This document shows, one piece after another, positions 40,861-51,683 of a DNA stretch of 64,000 bases (its first letter is position 1; each line of letters starts with the position of its first letter). Made by a program: the position numbers and the translations under genes. This DNA comes from Candidatus Spongiisociaceae bacterium (GTDB taxonomy: Bacteria; Actinomycetota; Acidimicrobiia; Spongiisociales; Spongiisociaceae). Under the pieces are notes generated by a model. It worked only from the letters and a program-made list of their open reading frames with translations. It made no database searches and was not told the origin of the DNA. The stretch lies in contig OZ241841.1 of assembly GCA_965202665.1 (NCBI GenBank), forward strand, positions 2,080,001-2,144,000, read 5' to 3'.

Positions 40861-41967
40861 TTAGGCGAGAAACGGGTCGTGGAGCAGAACGCGGGCCGCC
40901 CAGCCGGTGGCGTCGGCGATCTCTCCGGGGAGGGGCAGGCGGTCGGGGCCTTCCCATATTTTGGCCACCGCCTCCCTTCCCCACCGTTGCTCCACTTCGG
41001 CGCAGAAATCCGCCCCCGGCCCCCACTGGCCGGCCCCGGTTTCCTTTTCGGGGCCTGCGATAAGCCGCCCCGCCGGCTGGTCGCCGTCTCTTGAATCCGC
41101 CGACCGCTCCCGCATCGCCCGCTGTATGGCCTCCCGGTCCGGGATCATGCTCCCCGCCAGTTCCGCCAGCGCGTAGTCGGCGTACCCCTCCAGCACGGCC
41201 ATGAAACCGTTCACCGCGTCCAAGCCGGGCCCTTCCACGGTGACCGGCATGCCGCCCGGCGGCAAATTGCCTCCCCCGGCTAAAGCGGCCCGCAACTGCT
41301 CCGGGTCGTTTATCTCCTCCGGGCCGAAACCCAGCATGCTCGAATCCAAACGCAGATCCTCCTGCATCTCGCTGATCAGCCGCAGGAAATGGGGACGCAC
41401 CCATTCCCGGCACAGCACCCCCTCCCGGATGGTTTCCTGAAAGGCCGTCCACAGCCGGACTTGGCGGCCGTCCAAGCCGCGCTCTTCGGCGAAAGATTCG
41501 ATGTTGGACACCACGAACCCCATCGGGCCGGGGGAGGCGGTGGGCAGGCCGGCGTCGAACTGGCCCAAGACGGCGCGTCCCAGCAACCCCACCGCCGTGC
41601 CCATTTGCATGCCCAACAGGGCCGGGGCCAAAGGACGGAGAAGCGCTTCCATTCCGCCGCCCGCGGAGTCGGCGAACCGTTCCGCGATCGGCTCCACCAT
41701 GTAGCGAAATGAACGTATGTTGAGGGAGGCCCATCCGGCCGGGTCCAGCGGGATCGGTTCGTTGACCGGGCTGAGGTGGAAATCCGTTTCCTCCTCCATC
41801 CGATAGGCGGCCAGGCGGAACATTTCCATGTACTCGTCGGCCAGCCAAGGGTCCACCGGCCCCCGGGGGCCGGTCAGATGCCCGGCCGTCTGCTCGGCCA
41901 AGGCCCAGTTCACCGGCCCCGGCTCTTTGAGCAGATTCATTAAATCGTCGAGGATGTTGCGGTCCAT
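40861..41967 (-). CDS. Zincin-like protein (DUF2342 type)
   Basis: GPVNW.LA, VLGQFD, FVVSNI, MAVLEGYADY, W..P..LP...EI.....W..RV. Confidence 0.8.
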   Translation of the reverse strand: MDRNILDDLMNLLKEPGPVNWALAEQTAGHLTGPRGPVDPWLADEYMEMFRLAAYRMEEETDFHLSPVNEPIPLDPAGWASLNIRSFRYMVEPIAERFADSAGGGMEALLRPLAPALLGMQMGTAVGLLGRAVLGQFDAGLPTASPGPMGFVVSNIESFAEERGLDGRQVRLWTAFQETIREGVLCREWVRPHFLRLISEMQEDLRLDSSMLGFGPEEINDPEQLRAALAGGGNLPPGGMPVTVEGPGLDAVNGFMAVLEGYADYALAELAGSMIPDREAIQRAMRERSADSRDGDQPAGRLIAGPEKETGAGQWGPGADFCAEVEQRWGREAVAKIWEGPDRLPLPGEIADATGWAARVLLHDPFLA

Positions 41968-42011
41968 AATCCGCTCCTCCGTATCGGCCGTCCGCCGGCC
42001 GAACGACCCGT

Positions 42012-43547
42012 TTAGGAGTCGTCCGACTGCGGATACAGTCCGAGCGTAACCGATAATTCCATGGCGGCGCCCTCGCGGAGGACGCTGACCCGCACCGGGC
42101 TGTCCGCCCGGTAGCCGCGCAACCGGGCCACCAACAACGTCATGGAGACCACCGACTGGTCGTCCAAAGCGGTTATCACATCCCCGGCCTGTCCCCCGGC
42201 CGCCCCGAAACCGGAGCCGTCCAGCAAGCGGTTGACCTCCACCCCGATCGGGGTTTTCACGCCGAAATCGTCTTCTTCGAAGGCCGGGCTGCCCTCTATC
42301 CCCAGGTAGGCGTGCCGCACCTCGCCGTCGGCCAGCAGGTCGTCGATGATGCCGGTAACCAGGTCTATCGGAACCGCGAATCCGATGCCTTCCGCCCCCA
42401 CGTCGCTCAGGCCGATGGCGGAGGTGATGCCCAGCAACTGGCCTTGCCGGTTGAGCAGGGCCCCTCCGCTGGAGCCGCGGGTGATGGGCGTGTCGGTTTG
42501 CAACAGTCCGTACAGTTGGGCCCCGGAGTAGGGGTCGACCAGCAACGTCCGGTCGAAGGCGGAAATCACCCCCGAGGTCACCGAGGGCCCCCCGTCCAGA
42601 CCCAGCGGGTTGCCGATGGCCACCGTCGGATCTCCGATGCGGGCGGTTTTAATGTCGGCGAACTCCACCGGACGCAAGTCGGGCCATTCCACTTTCAGAA
42701 CGGCGATGTCCATCAGCGGGTCGGAACCGACTTCTTTGGCGGGCAGGCTGCGCCCGTTGTGCAGGAGCACCCGCAAGGCGGCCGCCCCGTCGATCACATG
42801 ATGGTTGGTGAGCAGATGGCCGTCGGTGTTGAAAATCACCCCGCTCCCGGAGGACGACGGATCGACATCGCCCTCGTCGGCGTAGTTGTAGACGGCCACG
42901 ATGGTCGGAATAACCTGCTCGGCCACCTCGGCCACCGTATTAATTGGGGTAGTGGTGGTAGTGGTGGCAACGGGGGGGATGGGGACGGCGGGGGGGCCGT
43001 CCGTTTCATATTGGTCCTCGTCGCCCAAGGAGAGGTCCGCCAACTCTCCGGCGACGGCCGCCGCGTCCCCGATCGCCGGCGCGGCGGGGGATTGGACGAG
43101 GGTGTAGTTGGGGGAGGCCGTCTCGGGTGTGACCGGCGGCGGCTGGTCGAACGCCCCGGCCCGCCACAACAGAAGACCTCCGGAGACGGCGGTCAGCAAG
43201 GCGGTCAGCAGGGCGACGGCGGTTATCATCCGCCACGGCGGCCGGGACGGTTCCGGCTTCGGTTCGGGGTCGTCGTCTAGTTGTTCCAAAATCCCCCAGT
43301 CAAAACGGGCCCCCGGGGCGAACACCGGTTCCGAGTGCGGATAGGGGCCGGCGTCGTCCCCCGCGCCGTCGTAAGCCGGACTTTCACCGGGAGGTTGCGG
43401 CGGGCGGTCGGCGGGGGGTTGGTCCCGCAGGCCGGTTTCCGCCGCGGGCGGGTCCGGTCGGGGTTTGGTTCCGTCCGGCGCGCGTTCCATCCCGAAGGGC
43501 TCCGGCGGGTTTTCCGGTTCGGTCGGCTGATAAGGTTTATGTTCCAT
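42012..43547 (-). CDS. HtrA/DegP-like serine protease with TM anchor and PDZ
   Basis: GSGVI, LLTNHHV, DIAVLK, AIGNPLG, QTDTPITRGSSGGAL, C-terminal PDZ. Confidence 0.92.
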   Translation of the reverse strand: MEHKPYQPTEPENPPEPFGMERAPDGTKPRPDPPAAETGLRDQPPADRPPQPPGESPAYDGAGDDAGPYPHSEPVFAPGARFDWGILEQLDDDPEPKPEPSRPPWRMITAVALLTALLTAVSGGLLLWRAGAFDQPPPVTPETASPNYTLVQSPAAPAIGDAAAVAGELADLSLGDEDQYETDGPPAVPIPPVATTTTTTPINTVAEVAEQVIPTIVAVYNYADEGDVDPSSSGSGVIFNTDGHLLTNHHVIDGAAALRVLLHNGRSLPAKEVGSDPLMDIAVLKVEWPDLRPVEFADIKTARIGDPTVAIGNPLGLDGGPSVTSGVISAFDRTLLVDPYSGAQLYGLLQTDTPITRGSSGGALLNRQGQLLGITSAIGLSDVGAEGIGFAVPIDLVTGIIDDLLADGEVRHAYLGIEGSPAFEEDDFGVKTPIGVEVNRLLDGSGFGAAGGQAGDVITALDDQSVVSMTLLVARLRGYRADSPVRVSVLREGAAMELSVTLGLYPQSDDS

Positions 43548-43579
43548 CGCGCCCCCTAGTTTAAAGGAAAATAAAACTT

Positions 43580-44026
43580 ATGTCGTCCGTTCCGTTCCCG
43601 CCGCCCGCCGTTCGCCGGGTGCGGGTGTCCGAAGCCCCCATCGAGGCCGGGATTCTGGCCGAGCGGGTAACCCATCCGGCCAGCGGCGCCATCGCCCTCT
43701 TTTTGGGGACGGCCCGCGATCATTCACCGGGCCGCGCTGGCATAACCCACTTGGAATACGAGGCTTACGAAGGGGCGGCGCAGGACAAGATCAACCAGGT
43801 GATCGACGAGGCGGCCGCCCGCTGGCCCCTGCGGGCGGTGGCGGTGGAGCACCGCACCGGGCGGGTGGAGGTGACTGAAGCCTCGGTGGCGGTGGCCGTG
43901 TCCAGCGCCCACCGGGACGACGCCTTCGCCGCCGCCCGCCACATCATCGACCGGCTAAAAGAACGGGTCCCCATCTGGAAGAAGGAAGTCTGGCCGGGGG
44001 GCGGGCAATGGTCGCCGGGTTCTTAG
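43580..44026 (+). CDS. moaE: Molybdopterin synthase catalytic subunit
   Basis: GAIALFLGTARD, LEYEAY, HRTG, SSAHR, LKERVPIWKKE. Confidence 0.94.
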   Translation: MSSVPFPPPAVRRVRVSEAPIEAGILAERVTHPASGAIALFLGTARDHSPGRAGITHLEYEAYEGAAQDKINQVIDEAAARWPLRAVAVEHRTGRVEVTEASVAVAVSSAHRDDAFAAARHIIDRLKERVPIWKKEVWPGGGQWSPGS

Positions 44027-44170
44027 ATAAGGACGGGGCCGCCTCCCCGTCCGCCAAAGGCGCCGAAATTTCAAGACGGGACGGCGATAATCGTATAGGC
44101 TTCCATCGGGGCGCGGCGCCGTCTTAACATATAGCGTGGCAACAACCGGCGGGAGGCGGGAGAAAATCTG

Positions 44171-46048
44171 ATGACAGCCGTACTGGAACGTCCGCAAGAA
44201 GAGTCGACCGAACCGGGGGCCGACTATCCCACAGTGGCCGCCCGGGTGCGCAACTGGGCGGAGAAACACCCGGAGCGGGTGGCCTTGCGGGAGAAGGATT
44301 TCGGCATCTGGGTGGAAATCACCTGGGCCGACCTGTGGGAGGAGGCGCTGACCGCCGCCCACGGCCTGCTCGCCTTGGGGGTGGGCAAAGGGGAAGTGGT
44401 TTCCATCCACTCCGAGGACCGCCCCGAGTGGGTGATAATGGATTTGGCGGCGGTGGCCATACGGGGCATTAGCACCGGGCTTTACCCCACCAATCCCACC
44501 GCCGAAGTGGAATACCTGGTCAACGACTCGCAGGCCGCCGTCCACCTGGCCGAAGACCAAGAGCAGGTGGACAAGGTGCTGGAACTGCCCCGGGATCGGT
44601 TCCCGCTGGTCACCACCATTATTTACGTGGAGCCGCGCGGGGTGCGCCGATACCAGGACGACCGCTTGCTGTACTGGGACGATTTCATGGAAATGGGTCG
44701 CCGCCACCGGGCCGAACATCCGGGGGCGGTGGAGGAGCTGATGGGCGAAGCCGAAGCCGGAGATGTGATGACCCTGGTTTACACCTCGGGCACCACCGGC
44801 CCCCCCAAAGGGGCCATGCTCACCAACGGCAACGCCTCTTACTGCATCGACAAGGTGGTCAATGTGGACGGGCGCCTGCCCGGGGACAAAAAGCCGGTGC
44901 CGGACGATGAAATTCTCACCTACCTCCCGCTCTGCCATGTCGCCGAGCGGATTTTTTCCACTTGGACGATGGCGGGCAACGGGGTAACGCTCAACTTCGC
45001 CGAATCCATTGAAACCGTCCAGCAGAACCTGCGGGAAATACAGCCCACGTTGTTCTTCGCCGTCCCCCGCATCTGGGAGAGGATTCACGCCACCGTCCAG
45101 ATCAAACTGAGCGACGCCACCCTGTTCAAGCGGATAATGAACAAACTGGGAACCGCCCTGGCCGTCTATGTGGGGCGCAGCCGGGTTGGAAACAACGGCG
45201 ACTTCACGTTCTTGTCCCGGCTGGCCTACGTGATCGGCAACCCGCTTTTCTTCCGGGCCCTTAAAGAACGGGTCGGCCTGCGCCGTTGCCGCTGGGCCGG
45301 GTCGGGGGCGGCCCCCATCGCCCCCGAGGTGCTGGAGTTTTTCATGGGGCTGGGAGTCCCGGTGTTCGAGTTGTACGGGATGACCGAAAATTCGGCCATC
45401 GCCACCGTCAACTTCGCCGGGCGGGTCAAACTGGGCACGGTGGGCGAACCCTATCCGGGCATCGGCCTGCGCATCGACGAGGAGACGGGGGAGATTCAGA
45501 CCAAGCACCCGGGGGTGTTCGACGGCTACTGGAACAAGCCGGAAAAAACCGCCGAAACTTTCACCGAGGACGGCTGGTTGAAAACCGGGGACGTGGGGGA
45601 GTGGGTGGACGGAACCCACGTCAAGATAGTGGACCGCATCAAGCACATCATCATCACCTCCGGCGGGAAAAACATTTCCCCTTCCGAAATCGAGAATTCG
45701 CTCAAAACTTCCCCTTTCGTCAAAGAGGCGATGGTGATCGGCGACCGCCGCAAGTACGTGACCTGCCTGATCGGCATCGAGTTCGACACGGTGGGGGACT
45801 GGGCCACCCGCCGGGGCGTTCCCTACACCACCTACCGCGACCTGTCGGAGAAGCCGGAGGTGCTGGAAATGATGCAGGGGGTGGTGGACGAGACCAACCG
45901 CAAATTCGCCCGGGTGGAGCAGATCAAAAAGTTCCGTATGATTCCCAAAGAACTGGACCACGAGGACGGCGAGTTGACCGCCACCCAGAAACTGAAGAGG
46001 GAGGCGATGGAGGACATGTTCACCGAGTTGGTGGAGTCGATGTACTGA
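44171..46048 (+). CDS. Long-chain acyl-CoA synthetase (AMP-binding)
   Basis: YTSGTTGPPKG, YLPLCH, YGMTE, GWLKTGD, DRIK..IITSGGKNI. Confidence 0.93.
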   Translation: MTAVLERPQEESTEPGADYPTVAARVRNWAEKHPERVALREKDFGIWVEITWADLWEEALTAAHGLLALGVGKGEVVSIHSEDRPEWVIMDLAAVAIRGISTGLYPTNPTAEVEYLVNDSQAAVHLAEDQEQVDKVLELPRDRFPLVTTIIYVEPRGVRRYQDDRLLYWDDFMEMGRRHRAEHPGAVEELMGEAEAGDVMTLVYTSGTTGPPKGAMLTNGNASYCIDKVVNVDGRLPGDKKPVPDDEILTYLPLCHVAERIFSTWTMAGNGVTLNFAESIETVQQNLREIQPTLFFAVPRIWERIHATVQIKLSDATLFKRIMNKLGTALAVYVGRSRVGNNGDFTFLSRLAYVIGNPLFFRALKERVGLRRCRWAGSGAAPIAPEVLEFFMGLGVPVFELYGMTENSAIATVNFAGRVKLGTVGEPYPGIGLRIDEETGEIQTKHPGVFDGYWNKPEKTAETFTEDGWLKTGDVGEWVDGTHVKIVDRIKHIIITSGGKNISPSEIENSLKTSPFVKEAMVIGDRRKYVTCLIGIEFDTVGDWATRRGVPYTTYRDLSEKPEVLEMMQGVVDETNRKFARVEQIKKFRMIPKELDHEDGELTATQKLKREAMEDMFTELVESMY

Positions 46049-46049
46049 A

Positions 46050-47126
46050 ATGTCGGCTCGGTCGGAGGGCGGCGGGGGCCGGTCGTTGTTGCCCCGGATT
46101 GCGGGATGGGTCAGGGCGCATCGCAGCCTGGCTTGGGCGGCCGGGGCGGCCACGGCCGCTTTGGCGATATGGCGGGCGTCGGCGGCCCACGACCCGGCCG
46201 CCACCGCCGGGGGGGTGCTGGCCGGCGGGCTCTCCCTAGGGGCCATTTACGCCCTGCTGGCTTTGGGGTTCGTGATCATCTTCAAAGCCACGCAGGTCAT
46301 CAACTTCGCCCATGGGGCCATCGCCGCCCTGGGGGCCTACGTGGTGGCCTACCTGATCACCCGCTTGGAGATTCCCAGCCGCTGGTGGCCGGGGGTTCCC
46401 GGCTGGATGGACTGGATCGCCGGGCTGATCCTGGCCATGTTGATCACGGCCGCGGTCGGGCTGGTGCTGGAGCGGCTGGCCATCCGCCCCATGGTGGGGG
46501 AGCCCCTGTTCGCCATCGCCATGGTGACCATCGGGCTGGACATCGTGATCCGCACCATCACCAACGACCTGATCCTGCCCGACCCGGACCCGCTGGGCGA
46601 TCCGTGGGGGGCGAGCGTGGTGAGGGCGGGGCCGACCAACATCGCCGCCACCGAGATCGTCACCATCGGTGCGGCGGTGGTTTTGGTGGTGGCGGTGGCC
46701 CTCTTTTTCCGCTCCCGCACCGGGGTGGCCATGCGGGCCACCGCCTTCGATCAGGAGGCGGCCATGGCGCAGGGCATTTCGGTGGGGAAGATCTTCGCTT
46801 TGGCGTGGGCCATCGGGGCGGGGCTGGCCGCCATCGCCGGGGTGTTCGCCTCGGTCTTCCCCCGTTCGGTGGGAGTGGACACCGCCACCGCCTTCGTGGC
46901 CTTCAGGGCTTTCCCGGCCATCATCCTGGGCGGGCTTGATTCGGTGACCGGGGCGGTGATCGGCGGGTTCATCATCGGCTTGGCGGAAAGCTACGCCGGG
47001 GCCTATTTCACTTGGAGCGGTTTCGGCACCGGGTTCCCCGGCATCGTCCCCTACCTGGTGATGATGCTGGTGCTGCTCATCCGCCCCTACGGGCTTCTGG
47101 GGACCGAGGAGATCCGCCGGGTATGA
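46050..47126 (+). CDS. LIV-type ABC permease (LivH-like)
   Basis: GAIYALLALG..IFKAT.VINFAHG, G.AMRATA, IILGGL, RPYGL.G. Confidence 0.92.
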   Translation: MSARSEGGGGRSLLPRIAGWVRAHRSLAWAAGAATAALAIWRASAAHDPAATAGGVLAGGLSLGAIYALLALGFVIIFKATQVINFAHGAIAALGAYVVAYLITRLEIPSRWWPGVPGWMDWIAGLILAMLITAAVGLVLERLAIRPMVGEPLFAIAMVTIGLDIVIRTITNDLILPDPDPLGDPWGASVVRAGPTNIAATEIVTIGAAVVLVVAVALFFRSRTGVAMRATAFDQEAAMAQGISVGKIFALAWAIGAGLAAIAGVFASVFPRSVGVDTATAFVAFRAFPAIILGGLDSVTGAVIGGFIIGLAESYAGAYFTWSGFGTGFPGIVPYLVMMLVLLIRPYGLLGTEEIRRV

Positions 47127-48448
47127 GGGGCCGCCCGCACCTGTTCGTCTCCTACGAGGCGGAGCAGTCGCTGTTCCCCACTTGGACGCAACGGGTGTTG
47201 CTGGCGGCGGCGGCCCTGGTGTTGCTCCTGCTGACGATGGGAACCACGCTGGACTTCGGGGAGGCCTCTTTGCGTCCGCTGGGTTTTCTAGCCGACCCCG
47301 ACTGGCAGAAAATTCTTTCCCGGGTGGCCATCTTCGCCATAGGGGCGCTGGGCATCAACATTCTCACCGGGCTGGCGGGCCAGATTTCGGTGGGTCATTC
47401 TTTCTTCGTGGGGATCGGGGCTTACACGGCCACCGTGCTGGGGTCCGCCCCCGGCTCGGAAGGCGTTTTCGGCCCCCGCTGGGGAATGGGGCTCCCCATC
47501 TGGATCTGGTTGCCCGCGGCCGGGGCGGTGGCCGCCTTGGTGGGGGTGTTGGTGGCCCCCACCGCGGTGCGGGTGCGGGGCTTGTATCTGGGGTTCGTGA
47601 CTTTGGGGCTGGTGTTTATCGGGCAGTGGGCCTTTCGCAATTTTTCATCCGTCACCGGCGGTTCGCAGACCGGGCGGACTTGGCCCGGTTTCGAGGTGCG
47701 GTTGTGGCGGGAGGAGCAACCGTTGCTGGACATGACCGCCGACGGGCCGGCTTGGTTCTGGTTGGACTGGCTGGACTGGCTGCTGGGGCCGTGGATCAAC
47801 CTGGCCGACGAAATGTCGGAGGAGGCCAAGGTTTTGCTGTTCGTGGCCGCGTTGGCGGCGGTGTTCGTGTGGACCGCCAAAAACCTGCAGCGCACCCGCA
47901 TCGGCCGTTCTTTCATGGCCCTGCGGGACCGGGACATCGCGGCCGAGGTGATGGGCGTGCCGGACGCCCGCACCAAACTGATCGCCTTCGCCATCTCCTC
48001 CTTCTACGCCGGGGTGGCCGGGGCCCTGTTCGGGGCTTTCGTGGGCCGCCTCATCCCGGAGGGATTCGACTTGGCCATGGCGGTGCAGTTCCTGGCCATC
48101 ATCCTCATCGGCGGGGCGGGCACCGTGGCCGGGGCGTTGATGGGCACCGCCTTCGTAGTGATGCTGCCCCGCCTGGTGCAGGACTTCTCCGAGTGGCTGA
48201 GCGGAATCGCCGAGAGCGGTTCGGGGGTGTTGGCCGCCGTTTCCGACCTGGTGGTTTCCACCGGTTCCGACAACGCCGGATTGGTGTCCGTAAAGTCCGG
48301 CTTCACCCCCGGTCTGAGCGTGGACCAGCTCAACCTGTTAATTTACGGACTGTTGATCGTACTGTTCCTGATTTTTGAACCCCTCGGCTTGTACGGGATC
48401 TGGATAAGAATTCGCAACTATTGGAAAGGATGGCCCTTTACTTATTAG
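47123..48448 (+). CDS. LIV-type ABC permease (LivM-like)
   Basis: GINILTGLAGQISVGH, RVRGLYL, GRSFMALRDRD, EPLGL. Confidence 0.92.
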   Translation: MRGRPHLFVSYEAEQSLFPTWTQRVLLAAAALVLLLLTMGTTLDFGEASLRPLGFLADPDWQKILSRVAIFAIGALGINILTGLAGQISVGHSFFVGIGAYTATVLGSAPGSEGVFGPRWGMGLPIWIWLPAAGAVAALVGVLVAPTAVRVRGLYLGFVTLGLVFIGQWAFRNFSSVTGGSQTGRTWPGFEVRLWREEQPLLDMTADGPAWFWLDWLDWLLGPWINLADEMSEEAKVLLFVAALAAVFVWTAKNLQRTRIGRSFMALRDRDIAAEVMGVPDARTKLIAFAISSFYAGVAGALFGAFVGRLIPEGFDLAMAVQFLAIILIGGAGTVAGALMGTAFVVMLPRLVQDFSEWLSGIAESGSGVLAAVSDLVVSTGSDNAGLVSVKSGFTPGLSVDQLNLLIYGLLIVLFLIFEPLGLYGIWIRIRNYWKGWPFTY

Positions 48449-48502
48449 AGTATCGGGAAAGGTTTCCGGCCGGCGCGGTCGCCGGCCTCGACTAGAGAGA
48501 GG

Positions 48503-49927
48503 ATGAAGACAATGCTCAAGTACAAAACCCTAGCGGCGGTGATGCTGGCCATGGCCTTGGCGGCGGCCGCTTGCGGAGGCGGCGACGACGAACCCGCGCC
48601 CGCTACCACTCAGCCCGCCACGACTACCACCCAGGCCCCGACCACCACCATGGCCGAGGAGGAGATGGAGGAGACGACCACCACCACGGCCGCTCCGGTT
48701 ACCACCATGGCGGAAGAAGACGACATGATGGACCTCGCCACCGACGTGGGAGTGGATCTGGACGCCGGAGTGATCAAAGTCGGGTTGCTGTCCGATCTGA
48801 CCGGTCCGTTCGGCGCTCTGGTCACGCCCATCGTCACCGGCCACGAAGCCTATTGGGACAACGTCAACAAGAGCGGCGGGATCAACGGGATGACCGTGGA
48901 GCTGGTGGTGCGCGACACCCAGTACGTGATCGACAACCACGTTCAGATGTACGCGGAGCTGAAAGACGAGGTGGTGGCCTTCGGGCATTCCACCGGTTCC
49001 CCCCACACCGTGGCCATCAACGACCAATTGCAGGAAGACGGCATTTTGGCCGTTCCCCTCACTTGGTATTCCGGATGGAGCGACCCGGCTTTGAACGACA
49101 ACCTGGTGCCGCACGGGGTTCCCTACTGCATCGAGGCGATGAACTCCATCGACTACATCGTCAACAACCGGGACGTTTCCACCATCGCCATCGTGTCCTT
49201 GCCCGGCGACTACGGGCTGGATTCGGCCACCGGCGCCATGTTGGCCGCCGAAGCCCTCGGTTTGGAGGTGGTGTACGACGGCAGCGGCAAGATAATTCCC
49301 GGCGAGGACATGAAGCCGATCGCCGATGAGATCGTGGCCAGCGGGGCTGATCTGGCTTTCGTCACCACCACCCCGGGGACTTTCTCCCAGATCTACGGGC
49401 AGGCCATCGCCCAAGGTTACGTGGCCGCTTGGTCGGGGGCCCTGCCTTCTTGGAACCCGGCCTACGTGGACCCGGATTCGGCCATCAAAGAAGCCATTGA
49501 GCGGGACTTTATCGCTTCCGGTTACATTTCCCTGTGGTCTTCCCCCCGGGCCGCCGACGTGCGGGATCTGATCACGGGGTATCAGTCGGACGCCGCCCCC
49601 AACGACTATTACGGGGAGGGGATCGTGGAGGCCACCATCCTCCATCAGGCCTTGTTGAAAGCGGTGGAAAACGGCGATTTGACGCAGGGCGGGGTTTTGG
49701 CCGCCGCCAAGAGTTTGGAGAACGTGGACTTCGGCGAGTTCGCCCCGTCGGAGAACTACACGGCCTCCAACCCCAACGACGGGGTGCAGAAGACTTCGGC
49801 GGTAATTTTCAAGCCGTCGGCGGCCGACCGGGCCGCGGGGGGCACCGGCACCGAAGTCTTGGCCGAGGACTGGGTTTCGGAAACCGCCCGCAACTACGAC
49901 TTCCAGTCCGCCTGCTACTCGCTCTAA
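48503..49927 (+). CDS. LIV-type ABC substrate-binding lipoprotein
   Basis: Lipobox AAAC, Thr-rich linker, IKVGLLSDLTGP, N..GGING. Confidence 0.9.
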   Translation: MKTMLKYKTLAAVMLAMALAAAACGGGDDEPAPATTQPATTTTQAPTTTMAEEEMEETTTTTAAPVTTMAEEDDMMDLATDVGVDLDAGVIKVGLLSDLTGPFGALVTPIVTGHEAYWDNVNKSGGINGMTVELVVRDTQYVIDNHVQMYAELKDEVVAFGHSTGSPHTVAINDQLQEDGILAVPLTWYSGWSDPALNDNLVPHGVPYCIEAMNSIDYIVNNRDVSTIAIVSLPGDYGLDSATGAMLAAEALGLEVVYDGSGKIIPGEDMKPIADEIVASGADLAFVTTTPGTFSQIYGQAIAQGYVAAWSGALPSWNPAYVDPDSAIKEAIERDFIASGYISLWSSPRAADVRDLITGYQSDAAPNDYYGEGIVEATILHQALLKAVENGDLTQGGVLAAAKSLENVDFGEFAPSENYTASNPNDGVQKTSAVIFKPSAADRAAGGTGTEVLAEDWVSETARNYDFQSACYSL

Positions 49928-50000
49928 GGACGACCGGTCGGGGGAGCGGAGCCGCCGGTTCCGCCCCCCCGGCCCCTCCTCACCCGGATTTTGTCCCATC

Positions 50001-50810
50001 GTGTCGGAGCAAGCCAACCGCTTGGAAGTCGCCAACCTGGAAGTGGTGTACAACGACGTGGTGTTGGTGTTGCGCGGCATTTCCCTGGAGGTGCCGGCCG
50101 GCCAAGTGGTGGCCCTGCTGGGGGCCAACGGAGCGGGCAAAACCACCACCCTGCGGGCGGTGGGCGGCCTGCTGGACATCCACGAGGGTGAGATCACCAA
50201 AGGTTCCGTCACCTGGAACGGGGAGGTGATCAACCACAAGGATCCCTCCTACATCGTGCGCTCCGGCATCACCCAGGTAATGGAAGGCCGGCGGGTGTTC
50301 GTGGAGTTGAGCGTGGAGGAAAACTTGCGCACCGGGGCTTACACCAACCGCCGCCGCGATTCGGTGCGGGACTCTTTTGACCGGGTGATGACCCTGTTCC
50401 CGGTGCTGGCCGAACGGCGGAGGGCCACCGCCGGTTACCTTTCCGGCGGGGAGCAGCAGATGCTGGCCATCGGGCGGGCGTTGATGGCCGACCCGAAACT
50501 TTTGGTGTTGGACGAGCCGTCGCTGGGGCTGGCCCCGCAACTGGTGCAGCAGATGCGGGACATCATCGTGGAGATCAACCGGCAGGGGGTGGGGGTGTTG
50601 CTCATCGAGCAGAACGCGGTGATGGCCCTGTCCATCGCCTCCCACGGCTACATAATGGAAACCGGCAAAATGGTGATGGATGGCAAGCCGGACAAACTGC
50701 TCAAAGACGAGGATGTGCGGGAGTTCTACCTGGGTTTGCACGGGGAAGGGGAACGCAAATCCTTTCGGGAGGTGAAACATTACAAGCGCCGCAAACGGTG
50801 GCTGAGCTGA
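50001..50810 (+). CDS. LIV-type ABC ATPase (LivF-like)
   Basis: GANGAGKTT, LSGGEQQMLAIGRALM, LDEPSLGLAP, EQNA. Confidence 0.93.
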   Translation: MSEQANRLEVANLEVVYNDVVLVLRGISLEVPAGQVVALLGANGAGKTTTLRAVGGLLDIHEGEITKGSVTWNGEVINHKDPSYIVRSGITQVMEGRRVFVELSVEENLRTGAYTNRRRDSVRDSFDRVMTLFPVLAERRRATAGYLSGGEQQMLAIGRALMADPKLLVLDEPSLGLAPQLVQQMRDIIVEINRQGVGVLLIEQNAVMALSIASHGYIMETGKMVMDGKPDKLLKDEDVREFYLGLHGEGERKSFREVKHYKRRKRWLS

Positions 50811-51652
50811 TGTCCTCCGCCGGCCGCCGCCAGGCCATCCGCACCCTGGAATCCTGGGCCCATCGGGAGGAGGCGGAGGCTTCCTACGATCACCTGTTGG
50901 AAGTGGAGGACATCGACCTGTCCTTTAAGGGACTGCAGGCCTTAAGCGGGGTCGGTTTCCATGTGGACCAGGGGGAGCTGTTCGCCATCATCGGACCCAA
51001 CGGAGCGGGCAAAACCTCCATTTTCAACTGCCTGAACGGGGTGTACCGTCCGCAACGGGGGGAAATCCGGTGGGCGGGGAAGTCCATCTTGGGGGTCCGC
51101 CCCGATCGCATCGCCCGGCTGGGCATCTCCCGCACCTTCCAAAACATCGAACTGTTCGCCCATATGACGGTGTTGGAGAACCTGAGCCTGGGCAGGCACG
51201 TGCGCACCAACGTGGGCTGGCTGGCGGGCAGCGTGTGGTGGGGGAAGGCGAAGCGGGAGGAAATGGCCAACCGGGAGTTGGCGGAGGCCATCATCGACCT
51301 GCTGGAGATCAAGCAGTGGCGCAAATATCCGGTGGCGTTGCTTCCCTACGGAGTGCAGAAAAGGGTGGAGTTGGGCCGGGCGTTGGCCATGGAGCCCCGC
51401 TTGCTCCTGTTGGACGAACCGGTGGCGGGCATGAATCTGGAGGAAACCGAGGATATGGCCCGCTTCATTTTGGACGTCCGGGAGGAGCTGGGGATCAGCA
51501 TCATCTTGGTGGAGCACGACATGGGCCTGGTGATGGACATCGCCGACCGGGTGATGGTGCTGGACTTCGGCCGCAAAATAGCCGAAGGCCCGCCCTCCGA
51601 GGTGCAAACCAACCCGGACGTAATCAAAGCCTACCTGGGCGAAGCCTCCTAA
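50810..51652 (+). CDS. LIV-type ABC ATPase (LivG-like)
   Basis: GPNGAGKT, RTFQNI, LPYG, LDEPVAGM, EHDM, VIKAYLG. Confidence 0.93.
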   Translation: MSSAGRRQAIRTLESWAHREEAEASYDHLLEVEDIDLSFKGLQALSGVGFHVDQGELFAIIGPNGAGKTSIFNCLNGVYRPQRGEIRWAGKSILGVRPDRIARLGISRTFQNIELFAHMTVLENLSLGRHVRTNVGWLAGSVWWGKAKREEMANRELAEAIIDLLEIKQWRKYPVALLPYGVQKRVELGRALAMEPRLLLLDEPVAGMNLEETEDMARFILDVREELGISIILVEHDMGLVMDIADRVMVLDFGRKIAEGPPSEVQTNPDVIKAYLGEAS

Positions 51653-51683
51653 CCGGGCTCCCCCATCCGGCGACGTCCGGCGT

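Noticed and set aside
48590-48725. ACC-rich repeats (TTTMAEE twice), with similar tracts in the DUF3048 and HtrA genes
   Set aside because: Ordinary Thr-rich linkers, not a DNA repeat array
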